Virus record (IMG/VR): IMGVR_UViG_3300002307_000203
Location: 1 to 26,099 of that record
Direction: 5' to 3' (one strand)
DNA: 26,099 nucleotides
From: a virus
Lineage: Duplodnaviria > Caudoviricetes
A model generated the notes under the pieces. That model saw only the letters and a program-made list of their open reading frames with translations, was not told the origin of the DNA and searched no databases. Below are positions 16,353 to 26,099 of the stretch, one piece after another (the stretch's first letter is position 1; each line of letters opens with the position of its first letter). The translations under genes and the position numbers were made by a program.

Positions 16353-16734
16353 TGAAGCGTTTCCAAATGTAGACTTTGGTATTAAGCCAACCGGATCAAG
16401 GGTTTTGGTCCAAATCCGTAGGCCAAAGACCAAAATTGGGAGTATTATCCTTTCGGACTATACAAAGGATGCTGAACAAGACAATACGCAGGTAGCAAAA
16501 GTAGTATCTGTCGGACCACTGGCTTTTCGGAATCGGAACACAATGGATTTATGGCCAGAAGGGGCGTGGTACAAAGAAGGTGACTTTGTCTTCGTTTCGA
16601 AGTATGGTGGTGCAAGATGGCGCCGGGATATTCCCGGTTCTAAGGGAGAAAAGGTTGAGTTCGTTATCTTTAACGACCTTGATATTGTTGGCACGGTTGA
16701 AGCGGACCCTCTTTCCGTTCAAGCCTATATCTGA
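16309..16734 (+). CDS. GroES/Cpn10-like co-chaperonin
   Basis: IKPTGSRVLV, IIL, AKVVSVGP, GDFVFVSKYGG, FNDLDIVG. Confidence 0.85.
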   Translation: MVTNAVVIPSLSEIDEAFPNVDFGIKPTGSRVLVQIRRPKTKIGSIILSDYTKDAEQDNTQVAKVVSVGPLAFRNRNTMDLWPEGAWYKEGDFVFVSKYGGARWRRDIPGSKGEKVEFVIFNDLDIVGTVEADPLSVQAYI

Positions 16735-16746
16735 TAGGAGTGTGCC

Positions 16747-17667
16747 ATGAATGACAAGAAGTTGATTGAAGACGACGAAGATGACATCGAAGTCATTGAA
16801 CTTGAAGAGGGCCATGATGATGAGGATGGTGATGATGACCGCCTCGAATCTGAGCAGCGTGACGCGCAAGATGAAGAAGATGATGGCGAGGAAATAAACG
16901 CCCGTCAGCTCCGCCGGAAACGGCAGAAGCAGCGTCAAAAAGAAAACATGAAGAAGACTCGGGAAGAAAATGCCCACCTTCTTCAGGAGTTGCTGGAAGC
17001 AAAGGAACGGCTTGCCGCCCTTGAAACCCGCAATATCCAATCGGATGCCCAGACCGCCGAACAGCGGTACAATTATGCTCTGGCACAAATTACCAGAGCA
17101 GAAAGTGCGTTAAAAGAAGCCTTTGAGACGGGTGATGGCGATAAAGCCGTTGCTGCTCAAAAGCTAAGAGAACAAAGCATTTATGCCGCTCGAGAGGCTG
17201 AAGACCTCAGAAAGCGGCTATCAAATCCGCAGTTGCAGCAAAAGTCTAGTGTTCTTGATCCCAGAACAGAAACTTACGCTCAACAATGGATGCAGAAGAA
17301 TTCGTGGTTTAACCCTGCGGGTGAGGACGAAGATTCTGCAATTGCTCGTGCAATTGACGAGGCATGGGCAAGAGAGGCTCAAAAGCAGGGCATTAGCCCT
17401 TCTAGTGAGGATTACTGGGACGAACTTGATTCGCGTGTGAAGAGACGGCTAGGGATTGCCAACTCTGACCGGGAGCGGAAAAGATCAGCCCCACCTGTAA
17501 CTGGCCGTGGAGAATATACTGCACGTCCATCTACAAGTGACAAGGAATTCTATCTGACGCCTGAACGGAAAAAGGCTTTACAAGACGTTGGCGCTTGGGA
17601 CGACCGCGAAAAGCGTAAACGTTATATTAAGAGTTTCCGAAATTATGACCGTCAGAACCCACGTTGA
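16747..17667 (+). CDS. Capsid scaffolding protein (putative)
   Basis: Acidic N-terminus, coiled coil, WMQKNSWF motif; located upstream of the capsid gene. Confidence 0.7.
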   Translation: MNDKKLIEDDEDDIEVIELEEGHDDEDGDDDRLESEQRDAQDEEDDGEEINARQLRRKRQKQRQKENMKKTREENAHLLQELLEAKERLAALETRNIQSDAQTAEQRYNYALAQITRAESALKEAFETGDGDKAVAAQKLREQSIYAAREAEDLRKRLSNPQLQQKSSVLDPRTETYAQQWMQKNSWFNPAGEDEDSAIARAIDEAWAREAQKQGISPSSEDYWDELDSRVKRRLGIANSDRERKRSAPPVTGRGEYTARPSTSDKEFYLTPERKKALQDVGAWDDREKRKRYIKSFRNYDRQNPR

Positions 17668-17684
17668 GCCTCAAGGAGTAACCC

Positions 17685-18203
17685 ATGTCAAATGAAGAAC
17701 GTCTAAAGAAGGGACAAGGCGAAAACCGAGTCTCTAGGGAAATGGAAGATCGTATTGTTACCGAAGATAGAAACATCTCCGATGATGATCGTCTTTCAAT
17801 GTTTAGGCAGAGCTTTTTCCAATCCGCTTTGCCCGACCTGCCCAATATCCCCGGATACCACATATGCTGGCTTACAACAGCCAATCCCCGCGACTCTATC
17901 CATTCTCGTCGCTCCCTTGGTTACATACCAGTAACGCCTGAAGAGGTTCCCGGTTGGGAACATAGTTCGGTAAAAACAGGCGAATACGCTGGTTGTATTG
18001 GGGTGAATGAAATGGTGGCCTTCAAATTGCCTCTTAAACTTTATGAGGCATATATGAATGAAGCCCACTATGAGCGGCCATTAGCAGAGGAAGGGAAACT
18101 GGCTGACACTGCGGATTTTATTCGTAGCCAAGCCAAGCAGTTAGGTGGAGACATATACGAGGGTGATGGGTTGGCGGCTTTGCGGTCCCCAATGAGCCGT
18201 TAG
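17685..18203 (+). CDS. Head-module hypothetical protein
   Basis: 172 aa, AAGGAG RBS. Confidence 0.7.
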   Translation: MSNEERLKKGQGENRVSREMEDRIVTEDRNISDDDRLSMFRQSFFQSALPDLPNIPGYHICWLTTANPRDSIHSRRSLGYIPVTPEEVPGWEHSSVKTGEYAGCIGVNEMVAFKLPLKLYEAYMNEAHYERPLAEEGKLADTADFIRSQAKQLGGDIYEGDGLAALRSPMSR

Positions 18204-18235
18204 GCTCTCAACCGAAACCAAAAAGGAAATGAAGA

Positions 18236-18817
18236 ATGTCTTCTTCTGCAAGTCCATTTGGCCTTCGCCCTATCTACTCGGCAACGGGTACGGTACGTCC
18301 GACATCTGGCCAAATCAAATCGGGTTATGGCACTGATATTTATCAGTTTCAGCCTGTTCGCTATGGCGTTTCCGGTGATTCCGGCAGCGTCGAAGGTTAC
18401 ATTGTCCCAGCTGCTGCTGGCGACCGTTTAACTGGTTGCTTTATGGGCATTGAATGGGTTGACACCACTGGTCGTCAGCGCGTTTCGAACTATTACCCAG
18501 CATCGACCACGTTCCTTACGGGAACAACGTCGGTTGTGTATTTCACGGCTGATCCATACATCACCTATGAAATTCAGGGCAATGCTTCGTTGAGCATCGC
18601 CAATATCGGCAATCAGTACAACATTAACTCGGCCACTGGCACATCGCCAATTGGCTTATCTACAACCGCTTTGGACGTGTCGTCTTCTGCCACTAACGCT
18701 CAACTTCGCGTTGTTGGTTTGTCGAACTATATCGACAATGCTTGGGGTGATGCCTACACAATCGTGCAGGTTCAGATCTCCCAGCATCAGAACGTCGCTA
18801 ACCAAGCTGCTTACTAA
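18236..18817 (+). CDS. Capsid decoration or minor structural protein (putative)
   Basis: 193 aa rich in small residues, PFGLRP start; immediately upstream of the capsid gene. Confidence 0.65.
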   Translation: MSSSASPFGLRPIYSATGTVRPTSGQIKSGYGTDIYQFQPVRYGVSGDSGSVEGYIVPAAAGDRLTGCFMGIEWVDTTGRQRVSNYYPASTTFLTGTTSVVYFTADPYITYEIQGNASLSIANIGNQYNINSATGTSPIGLSTTALDVSSSATNAQLRVVGLSNYIDNAWGDAYTIVQVQISQHQNVANQAAY

Positions 18818-18830
18818 GGAGGTCTAGACT

Positions 18831-19748
18831 ATGGCACTTCCAATGCGGAGTACTGACTTCCGGTCAGTAGTTGAGCCAATTCTCAACGAAACCTTTGACG
18901 GCATCTACAACGTTCGCAAGGACGAATGGGCTACCGTTTTCAAAGAACAGCGTGGTATTCCACGCAACTATCACGAAGAGCCTGTTCTGTTCGGCTTTGG
19001 TGCTGCTCCTGAATTACCAGACGGCACACCAGTAACCTATCAGAGCGGTGGCGTTCTCTTCCTTGCTCGCTATACCTATCGGGTATACGGCATGGCATTT
19101 GCGCTCACGAAGGTTCTCGTCGAGGACGGCGATCATATCTCAATTGGCCGCACCTACGCCGAGCATCTTGCTCGTTCGCTCATCGAAACCAAGGAAACTC
19201 TTGGCGCCAACATTCTTAACCGTGCATTTACGGCTGGTTACGTTGGCGGTGACGGTGTAACGCTTGTTAACTCCGCTCACCCGATTGCTAACGGTCAGAC
19301 ATTCTCAAATCAGCTTACGACGGCAGCTGCGCTTTCGCAGACTTCTCTCGAACAAATCTTGATTCAGATTCGTCAGGCAGTTGACAACAACGGCAAGAAG
19401 ATCCGTCTTGAGCCTAAGAAGATCATCGCATCTCCTTCGAACTACTTCCAATCGGAAGTGCTTCTTAAGTCTGCGCTTCGTGCTGGCACCAATAACAATG
19501 ATATTAACCCAATCACCACGACTGGGGTTCTATCGGAAGGCCACACGAACTTGTCGCGTCTTACCTCGAACACCGCATGGTGGGTTGAGACGGATGCGCC
19601 AGAAGGTCTTAAGCTCCTCATGCGCCGCCCGCTCGAAAAGAGCATGGAAGGCGACTTTGAGACTGACTCCATGCGCTATAAGGCGACAGAGCGTTACATC
19701 TTCGGATGGACCGATCCTCGCGGCGTCTGGGGAACTCCCGGTTTATGA
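18831..19748 (+). CDS. Major capsid protein
   Basis: 305 aa, strong TAAGGAGG RBS; GGDGVTL..AHP and C-terminal GDFETDSMRYKATERYIFGWTDPRG. Confidence 0.9.
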   Translation: MALPMRSTDFRSVVEPILNETFDGIYNVRKDEWATVFKEQRGIPRNYHEEPVLFGFGAAPELPDGTPVTYQSGGVLFLARYTYRVYGMAFALTKVLVEDGDHISIGRTYAEHLARSLIETKETLGANILNRAFTAGYVGGDGVTLVNSAHPIANGQTFSNQLTTAAALSQTSLEQILIQIRQAVDNNGKKIRLEPKKIIASPSNYFQSEVLLKSALRAGTNNNDINPITTTGVLSEGHTNLSRLTSNTAWWVETDAPEGLKLLMRRPLEKSMEGDFETDSMRYKATERYIFGWTDPRGVWGTPGL

Positions 19749-19801
19749 GTTGACAAATCTCTGGCATTAGTCCATAAGGGGATAGAAACCCGGAGGATGA
19801 T

Positions 19802-20491
19802 ATGCCAGAGAAATGTCACGTTCATAACTGCGTCGCACAGGCCGTTTCACATGGCCTGTGCGATACTCATAGAAAACGTCTTTCCCGTCATGGGACATTA
19901 GAAAATACTCGCCCTAACGATTGGGGTAAGCGGGAAAAACATCCACTATACAAATCTTGGTGTGGTTTAATCCGCCATCATAAATTTAACATTCCTAAAG
20001 AATGGCATGATTTTTGGAAATTTGTTAAATCTGTTCCAGAAAAACCAAGTCAAAAAGCAAAAGTATATAGGCCAGATAAATCCCAACCTTGGGGCTTAAA
20101 CAATTTTTTTTGGAAGGAAACAAAATTATCTAACGAGGCTTTAGAAAGCCGCGCAGTTTATATGAGAGAGTACCAACGCAAAAAACGTATGTACAATAAA
20201 GATTATGGCAAAAACTCTGATCTTAAAAAGAATTACGGCGTCGATCTTGATTGGTTTAACCGTCAATTTGGCCTTCAAAATGGTGTATGTGCTATTTGTA
20301 AGCAGCCAGAAACAACTGTGATTAAAGGAAGAACAATATCTCTTTCAGTGGATCATTGTCATGATACGGGATTGGTTCGTGAGCTTTTATGTCGTGGGTG
20401 CAATAATTCTATAGGTCATTTTAAACATGACCCCACCCTCCTCCAATCAGCAATGGACTATCTTAAAAAACATGGGGATGGGACTAGCTAA
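19802..20491 (+). CDS. Free-standing endonuclease VII-type (His-Me finger) putative homing endonuclease
   Basis: YGV..QNGVCAIC..LSVDHCHDTGLVRELLCRGCN..G; N-terminal C-x4-C..GLCxxH; visibly AT-richer than its neighbours. Confidence 0.85.
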   Translation: MPEKCHVHNCVAQAVSHGLCDTHRKRLSRHGTLENTRPNDWGKREKHPLYKSWCGLIRHHKFNIPKEWHDFWKFVKSVPEKPSQKAKVYRPDKSQPWGLNNFFWKETKLSNEALESRAVYMREYQRKKRMYNKDYGKNSDLKKNYGVDLDWFNRQFGLQNGVCAICKQPETTVIKGRTISLSVDHCHDTGLVRELLCRGCNNSIGHFKHDPTLLQSAMDYLKKHGDGTS

Positions 20492-20553
20492 TTCCTGAAA
20501 AATATTGCATTATACATCATCTGAAACGGTCAGGCTTTTCAAGGAGAAGACCA

Positions 20554-21279
20554 ATGGGACAAACTAATGACGATCTCTGGATGGGTCCGGCAACCGGCCC
20601 TCAAACTGCTGGATGGGCCAATGCTGGCAATCCGGGTGTAATTGGCCGTGGCGTAGGTCCACTTGGCCGTACTTATGTTTACGATCTTGTGCCAGCTGCA
20701 CTTTCAGCAACCGCAGTTTGCGCTGCACAGGCTGTATCAACTGCTGGTAATGCAACAATCAATGGTGCTTCGGCTACGGCTGGTGTGGCAACCTTTGATT
20801 ATGCTCGCGCTTTTTCGATTGTTACGTCAAACGCTGGCAACACGACACAGACGGTAACGATCACTGGAACTGATTATTATGGTCAGCCTCAAACGCAGCA
20901 GCTTACGTGCAGCGGTACATCGACTGTAGTCAGCACCAAGACATTCAAGACAATTACTCAGGTTGCTGTTTCGGCTGCGATCACAGGTACGTTGTCGGTT
21001 GGTAGTGCTGATGTGTTTGGTCTTCCATACGCAGTTACAAACGCTGGCTACCTGCTCCGCACGGGCTGGGATAACGTCGTTTCCGACAATGCTGGTACGT
21101 TCGTTGCTGCTGATGCAAGCACCCCTTCGGCTACGACGGGTGATGTTCGCGGCACATATGCTCAATCTGGCAACGCAGCAAACGGTACCCGCCGCCTCGT
21201 TATTGCCATTGGCATGACAGCTATTCAGGCTGGCCCGAACGCTACCCAGACTGGCGCAATCGGTGTAACTCCGGCTTAA
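20554..21279 (+). CDS. Virion structural protein (putative)
   Basis: 241 aa, Ala/Thr/Gly-rich, AAGGAG RBS. Confidence 0.7.
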   Translation: MGQTNDDLWMGPATGPQTAGWANAGNPGVIGRGVGPLGRTYVYDLVPAALSATAVCAAQAVSTAGNATINGASATAGVATFDYARAFSIVTSNAGNTTQTVTITGTDYYGQPQTQQLTCSGTSTVVSTKTFKTITQVAVSAAITGTLSVGSADVFGLPYAVTNAGYLLRTGWDNVVSDNAGTFVAADASTPSATTGDVRGTYAQSGNAANGTRRLVIAIGMTAIQAGPNATQTGAIGVTPA

Positions 21280-21286
21280 TTGAGTT

Positions 21287-21311
21287 GGGGGAGCTAGTCT
21301 CCCCCTTCCTT
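21287..21311 (+). terminator. Possible weak terminator hairpin
   Basis: GGGGGAG-CTAGT-CTCCCCC followed by TTCCTT. Confidence 0.5.
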
Positions 21312-21327
21312 CACATGGAGAAAACCG

Positions 21328-21741
21328 ATGGCTGATGCAGTCACTTCGCAAACGATCCTCGATGGTGATCGGCTTGCTATTTTCAAATTTACCAACATTT
21401 CAGATGGCACGGGTGAAACCGCTGTCAACAAGATTGTTGTATCTACATTAAATAAAAATCAATTCGGTAGTGCTTGCAATGGCGTAAAGATCAATAAGAT
21501 CTGGGCCATGACCGATGGTATGGGCGTAAATATCCTTTGGGACGCAACAACCGATCTTATTTGCGAAACAATTCCAAAGAATGAAATGTACACCCAATCG
21601 TACAATGAGTTTGGCGGTATTCCTAATAACGCTGGAACGGGTGTTACCGGAAACGTGGCATTTAGTACAGTTGGGGCTACTTCCGGTTCTCGGTACACAA
21701 TCATTCTTGAAGTAATCAAGACTTACGCATCAATATCTTGA
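21328..21741 (+). CDS. Virion structural protein (putative)
   Basis: 137 aa, beta-rich, GGAG RBS. Confidence 0.7.
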   Translation: MADAVTSQTILDGDRLAIFKFTNISDGTGETAVNKIVVSTLNKNQFGSACNGVKINKIWAMTDGMGVNILWDATTDLICETIPKNEMYTQSYNEFGGIPNNAGTGVTGNVAFSTVGATSGSRYTIILEVIKTYASIS

Positions 21742-21748
21742 GGATGAT

Positions 21749-22048
21749 ATGGCTAAAACTCCAGCGTGGCAACGGTCCGAAGGAAAAAACCCTAAAGGTG
21801 GATTAAATTCCAAGGGTCGAGCCTCGCTGAAGGCAGAAGGCCACAATATTAAAGCTCCGGTAAAGGCTGGCGATAATCCACGCAGGGCTAGCTTTCTTGC
21901 TCGTATGGGTAATATGCCCGGACCTGAACATGATGAAAAGGGCAAACCTACCCGTTTGTTGCTGTCGTTAAAGGCTTGGGGAGCATCAAGCAAAGCTGAT
22001 GCAAAAGCTAAGGCTAAGGCAATCTCTGGGCGAAACAAAGGTAAATAA
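21749..22048 (+). CDS. Small basic phage protein (DUF6321-like)
   Basis: PAWQRSEGKNPKGGLNSKGRAS..RRASFLARM. Confidence 0.7.
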   Translation: MAKTPAWQRSEGKNPKGGLNSKGRASLKAEGHNIKAPVKAGDNPRRASFLARMGNMPGPEHDEKGKPTRLLLSLKAWGASSKADAKAKAKAISGRNKGK

Positions 22049-22049
22049 A

Positions 22050-22205
22050 ATGGCAAAGCCATTTTGGGAAACTGACAATCCTAAGAAGAAAAGCACAAAG
22101 CTGACTGCATCACAGAAAGCCTCCGCAAAAGCCAGTGCCAAGAAAGCTGGCCGTCCATACCCTAATCTTGTCGATAACGCAGCTGCTACGAGGAAAAAGA
22201 AATGA
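22050..22205 (+). CDS. Small basic protein (51 aa; start revised)
   Basis: MAKPFWE..AGRPYPNLVDN; the ATG lies 1 nt after the upstream stop. Confidence 0.7.
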   Translation: MAKPFWETDNPKKKSTKLTASQKASAKASAKKAGRPYPNLVDNAAATRKKK

Positions 22206-22930
22206 AAGACTTCAAGCACACTCATAAAATGCACCATGGTGCTCATCCTGTATTTGGCGGTGGCGCACGTCCAGCCATGCAGTCGGCTGGTATGCCTCCA
22301 ATGATGCCTCCGGGCGGTATGGGCGATATTCAAAGCGCTGGTGAGGACATGGCTTCTTCAGCTCCCGGCGGTATGTCTGGTGGCGCTCCATCGGGCATGG
22401 GTGGTGGTGCAGATGCTGGAAGCTCAGGTGCTGGCTATCGTCGTGGCGGAAAGATTATGAAGAAGGCCCGTGGCGGTGAAGCTCGTGATGGCATGGATGA
22501 TGATGATTCCGGCACAATCCGCATGGAAGAAATGCCAAGCGGTGCCAAGCAATATATTCGCGGAAAAGATAGAAGCGCCAAAGACGACACTGTTCGTGAA
22601 TACACAAAAAATGCAATAAATGATATAACCCCCGGCTCTGATGATGCTATGGAACAAATTAAAAAAGCCGACAAGCTGGTAAATGCTCGCGGGGATAATG
22701 TTAACGCTTATTACAATGAAACCATGCAAGGCCTTAAAAAAGGTGGCATGGCCAAGGGCGGCAATTGGATCAAGGGTGCCATAAAAAACAAAGGCGCTCT
22801 TCATCGCTCACTTGGTGTTCCAGAGGGCCAGAAAATACCAATGTCAAAGATCAAAAAGGCCGAAAAGTCTTCTGATCCTAAATTGGCAAAACGCGCTCGT
22901 TTGGCTGAAACGCTTAGGGGTTTTAAATGA
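22202..22930 (+). CDS. Gly/Met-rich protein with repeated [KR]GG motifs
   Basis: YRRGG, KARGG, LKKGG, MAKGG; C-terminal WIKGAIK..GALH..RARLAETL module. Confidence 0.75.
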   Translation: MKDFKHTHKMHHGAHPVFGGGARPAMQSAGMPPMMPPGGMGDIQSAGEDMASSAPGGMSGGAPSGMGGGADAGSSGAGYRRGGKIMKKARGGEARDGMDDDDSGTIRMEEMPSGAKQYIRGKDRSAKDDTVREYTKNAINDITPGSDDAMEQIKKADKLVNARGDNVNAYYNETMQGLKKGGMAKGGNWIKGAIKNKGALHRSLGVPEGQKIPMSKIKKAEKSSDPKLAKRARLAETLRGFK

Positions 22931-23574
22931 CCATCAAGTACGGTGAGTTTACCTTTGATTCTGCACAGGGCTTCACTGGGTCAACTGGTAAGAAGGCTGT
23001 AAAAGGCTATATGCGTGGCGGAGCAACAAAAATGGCTCAGAATGTTGAGCTTGCTAAGTCACGCGCAGCAACCGCATTTGCTAAATCCAAGCCAGCCTCA
23101 AAGTTCAAGACGGGTGGCAAAGCTCGTCATTATGCTGAAGGCTCTGATGGCGGTGTTCAGGGCGATGGCCCAACGATTGAAAGCATCATCGAAGACACGA
23201 AGGATATGCCGATTCCAAAGGATACGCGCAAATACGCTCCTTTGCCCAAGATGACGCCATCAGAAGCAGCTCGCCTTAAAGCCTTCGAAGCTCAAGAAGC
23301 GGCAAAACGTCGGTACGAAAATGAAACCGAAGATATGCGCGAAAACCCAATGAACCAAGCCAAGGGTGGACGTATTAAAAAAGCTCGTGGCGGCGCAACT
23401 ACAGTTCCAATTCGCATGGCCCCGGCTTACAAGCCTCCGCGTTTGCCATCTGTACCAGCTGCAATGGCAACTCCTATGGCTCTAAAACCAAAAGCCCCTC
23501 CATCCTTGGCAAACATCGCAATGTCGCGTAATCCTCAGATGTTGAAGATGGGCGGAAGGTCTAAAAAGAAATGA
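22927..23574 (+). CDS. Basic protein with repeated xxxGG motifs
   Basis: YMRGG, FKTGG, QAKGG, KARGG, LKMGG. Confidence 0.75.
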   Translation: MTIKYGEFTFDSAQGFTGSTGKKAVKGYMRGGATKMAQNVELAKSRAATAFAKSKPASKFKTGGKARHYAEGSDGGVQGDGPTIESIIEDTKDMPIPKDTRKYAPLPKMTPSEAARLKAFEAQEAAKRRYENETEDMRENPMNQAKGGRIKKARGGATTVPIRMAPAYKPPRLPSVPAAMATPMALKPKAPPSLANIAMSRNPQMLKMGGRSKKK

Positions 23575-24626
23575 CAACCAGCGGTACAGTTTCAGCAACG
23601 GTATTTAACACCAATAATATTTTGGACCAAGCGTTCAGAAGGTGCAAAGTTCCGCCTGAAACTGTTACTTCGGAAATGCAGCAGACCGCATTGGACAGTC
23701 TGTATTTGCTGATTTCCTCTCTTTGTAATCGCGGTTTACAGCTTTGGACTGTAGAAAAGATTATCTTACCATTCTATTTGGGTAACGGATATGTTACCAC
23801 CCCCGCTGGAACGGTTGACCTTCTCAATACCAATTATCGGACCATTAACCAGTATACAGGTTCGATCTCGTCGAGCAGTGGCTCTCCTAGCTTGGCCGAT
23901 GATAGCAATTTAGCTACCGCTTGCATCCAAACAGCTCCAAATGGTTTTATTACTCAAAACCTATTGCAGCCAACACTTATTACAACGCTTGGCGTCAATA
24001 TGTACGCCGCCGGGTCTTACAAGCTAAAAATTGAATGGTCGAACGATAACATCAATTGGACCACTGTGGTTGATCCTGGCACTGTGGTTTATGCTCAAAA
24101 TGAGTGGAACTGGTACGATATTAATCCATCCATCACTGCCCAGTATTGGCGCTTGTCAGAATATGGCGGTGCAACATTAAGCGTTGCAGAATTTGTAACG
24201 GCTGGTAATCCAACCGAGATTCCAATTGCACGTCTTAATCAGGATGATTACACCAACCTGCCCAATAAGACATTTCAGGGCCGTCCATTACAGTTTTGGC
24301 TTGATCGCCAATTAGCTGCTCCTGTGGTTCGTTTATGGCCAGTGCCAGATCAACAGGCTCAATTTGCACAATTTGTTGCTTGGCGCCAGCGTCACATTAT
24401 GGATGTTGGTTCTTTAACGCAGACGATTGAGTTGCCACAACGCTGGGTTGATGCCATTACTTGGGAACTTGCAAGCCGTCTTTGCTTTGAGCTTAAAGAG
24501 GTTGATATTGGTATGGCTGACCGCATTGCCCCTCGCGCTGCCGAAGCTATGGGCTTGGCGTTTATGGAAGAAAGAGACAATTCGCCATTTATGATGGCTC
24601 CAAATATCTCGATGTATACGAGGTAA
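23571..24626 (+). CDS. Head-tail adaptor or tail tubular protein (putative) with inserted beta-sandwich domain
   Basis: MTTSGT..AFRRC, DYTNLPNK..GRP.QFW..LWPVP; insert containing WSNDNINWTTV..QYWRL. Confidence 0.65.
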   Translation: MTTSGTVSATVFNTNNILDQAFRRCKVPPETVTSEMQQTALDSLYLLISSLCNRGLQLWTVEKIILPFYLGNGYVTTPAGTVDLLNTNYRTINQYTGSISSSSGSPSLADDSNLATACIQTAPNGFITQNLLQPTLITTLGVNMYAAGSYKLKIEWSNDNINWTTVVDPGTVVYAQNEWNWYDINPSITAQYWRLSEYGGATLSVAEFVTAGNPTEIPIARLNQDDYTNLPNKTFQGRPLQFWLDRQLAAPVVRLWPVPDQQAQFAQFVAWRQRHIMDVGSLTQTIELPQRWVDAITWELASRLCFELKEVDIGMADRIAPRAAEAMGLAFMEERDNSPFMMAPNISMYTR

Positions 24627-24628
24627 GC

Positions 24629-24931
24629 ATGGCCATTTGGCTCGATACAACTGGTAGAGGTACACTCGGAATTGGGATTTGTGACCGCTGCCGGAGAAAA
24701 ATGTCAATTGAAGACCTTTGGCCGGATATGAATTCTCCGGGACTTCGTGTATGCTCAGAGGATAGGGACCAACTCGATCCCTATCGTTTACCAGCTCGGC
24801 AACCTGAACGGATTACCCTTCCGTTTGTTCGTCCAGATGTTCCGATTGGTACTTCGCCGAAAGGGTTGGTTACGGAAGACGACAATAATTTCATCGTCAC
24901 ACAGAATAACGAAGATTACATATTGCCATGA
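24629..24931 (+). CDS. Small Cys-containing phage protein
   Basis: GICDRC..GLRVC..DQLDP..RPD. Confidence 0.75.
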   Translation: MAIWLDTTGRGTLGIGICDRCRRKMSIEDLWPDMNSPGLRVCSEDRDQLDPYRLPARQPERITLPFVRPDVPIGTSPKGLVTEDDNNFIVTQNNEDYILP

Positions 24932-26099
24932 CCGTACCTTCAAATCTTGTACCCATTTCCATTTCCGGGCTTCCAACGCCTCCGACGTCCCCTCAAGGGG
25001 CTGATCTTGCACTTATCGTGCAAAATGGCACAACCTATCGCACAACTATTTCTGCTTTTGTGGGCGCCGTTGCTACTCCCAACACAACGCAAATTATCGC
25101 TGGAACGGGATTAACAGGCGGCGGAAATCTTTCGTCAAATGTTACGCTTGCTATTGGAAATACTGGCGTAAGCTCTGGAACTTATGGGTCTTCGACTCAG
25201 GTTCCAATTTTTACGATTAATTCACAAGGTCAAATTACTGCTGCATCTTCAACCACATTTTCGGTTCCATTTAGCGGAGTTACGGGTAAACCAACCACAT
25301 TGGCCGGGTATGGCATCACTGATGCTCAGCCATTAAGCAATAACCTAACTGGCCTTGCTGGACTCGGTACATCAGGCATAATGGTCAATCAAACGGGCGG
25401 ATCATATGTCACCCGGTCAATTGCAGCTGGTAATGGACTAACTGTTTCTGATGGAAATGGGATAAATGGTAATCCAACCATCTCGATGCCCAATCAATCT
25501 GTAACCCCGGGTACTTACGGATCGGCTTCTTTTATCCCAGTCATCACGGTTGACCAGCAAGGACGCATTGCAACCATTGGTCTTACTCCAAGTGCCGCTG
25601 GCGGTACGGTTACGCAAGTCAACACTGGAACGGGGCTAACAGGCGGACCAATAACCAATTCTGGGACAATCAGCATTGACAACACGGGTGTTACAGCGGC
25701 ATCTTATGGTTCATCTACAGCAATTCCTACTTTTACGGTTAACGCTCAAGGTCAATTAACTATTGCCTCCACAGCGGCAGTTATTGCTCCAGCTGGTACA
25801 TTATCTGGCACAACGCTTAATTCGACCGTAGTTTCTTCGTCTTTGACAAGCGTAGGAACTATTGGAACTGGTATTTGGCAAGGTTCAACTATTGCCACTG
25901 CTTATGGTGGAACGGGCATTACGTCTCTTGGAACTGGTGTTCAAACTGCTTTGGGGCAAGCGGTAACTGGTTCTGGAAGCATTGTGCTGGCAACTTCGCC
26001 AACGCTTGTTACACCAACATTAGGTGCAGCATCGGCCACTAGCGTTGCAATGACAACGGGTACGATTACGACCACGCCATCTAATAGCAATGATATAGC
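24928..26099 (+). CDS. Tail fibre protein, N-terminal part (runs off the window)
   Basis: Manual translation [16 protein letters not shown]..; repeats GTGLTGG..G(T/S)YGS..P.xTxxxQG; [12 protein letters not shown]; ATGA overlap with the previous gene. Confidence 0.85.
   Translation, partial: MTVPSNLVPISISGLPTPPTSPQGADLALIVQNGTTYRTTISAFVGAVATPNTTQIIAGTGLTGGGNLSSNVTLAIGNTGVSSGTYGSSTQVPIFTINSQGQITAASSTTFSVPFSGVTGKPTTLAGYGITDAQPLSNNLTGLAGLGTSGIMVNQTGGSYVTRSIAAGNGLTVSDGNGINGNPTISMPNQSVTPGTYGSASFIPVITVDQQGRIATIGLTPSAAGGTVTQVNTGTGLTGGPITNSGTISIDNTGVTAASYGSSTAIPTFTVNAQGQLTIASTAAVIAPAGTLSGTTLNSTVVSSSLTSVGTIGTGIWQGSTIATAYGGTGITSLGTGVQTALGQAVTGSGSIVLATSPTLVTPTLGAASATSVAMTTGTITTTPSNSNDI

Noticed and set aside
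19749-20553. Group I intron around the endonuclease
   Set aside because: Flanks are only about 50-60 nt, too short for an intron core, and both neighbouring genes look intact
2437-25012. Numerous short antisense or out-of-frame ORFs nested in the recognised genes
   Set aside because: Shadow ORFs without RBS or motifs, fully overlapping well-supported CDSs

Overview
Fragment of a tailed dsDNA phage genome with podovirus-type organisation; the host is probably alphaproteobacterial (inference). From left to right: a minus-strand HTH-metallophosphoesterase; a ~700-bp non-coding block with sigma70-like promoters and strongly base-paired candidate RNAs; a rightward replication operon (SF2 helicase, Zn-finger/TOPRIM primase); a convergent leftward operon of nine small genes (8416 to 5222); then terS, terL, an HlyC-like acyltransferase with a Gly/Thr/Pro-rich protein, portal, GroES-like chaperonin, scaffold, capsid, a free-standing EndoVII-type nuclease, small virion proteins, an adaptor and a truncated tail fibre. 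The most unusual part is the leftward operon. Five consecutive gene junctions carry a ~70-nt covarying RNA stem-loop running from the upstream stop codon to a shared AACAGGAG ribosome-binding site. A hairpin at the 3' end of the opposing primase transcript displays the antisense of that RBS in its loop. The operon promoter carries twin GGACG-N3-CGTCC palindromes, and the last gene is a 50-aa HTH protein missed by the ORF track. All product calls come from motif recognition by eye, not database searches.
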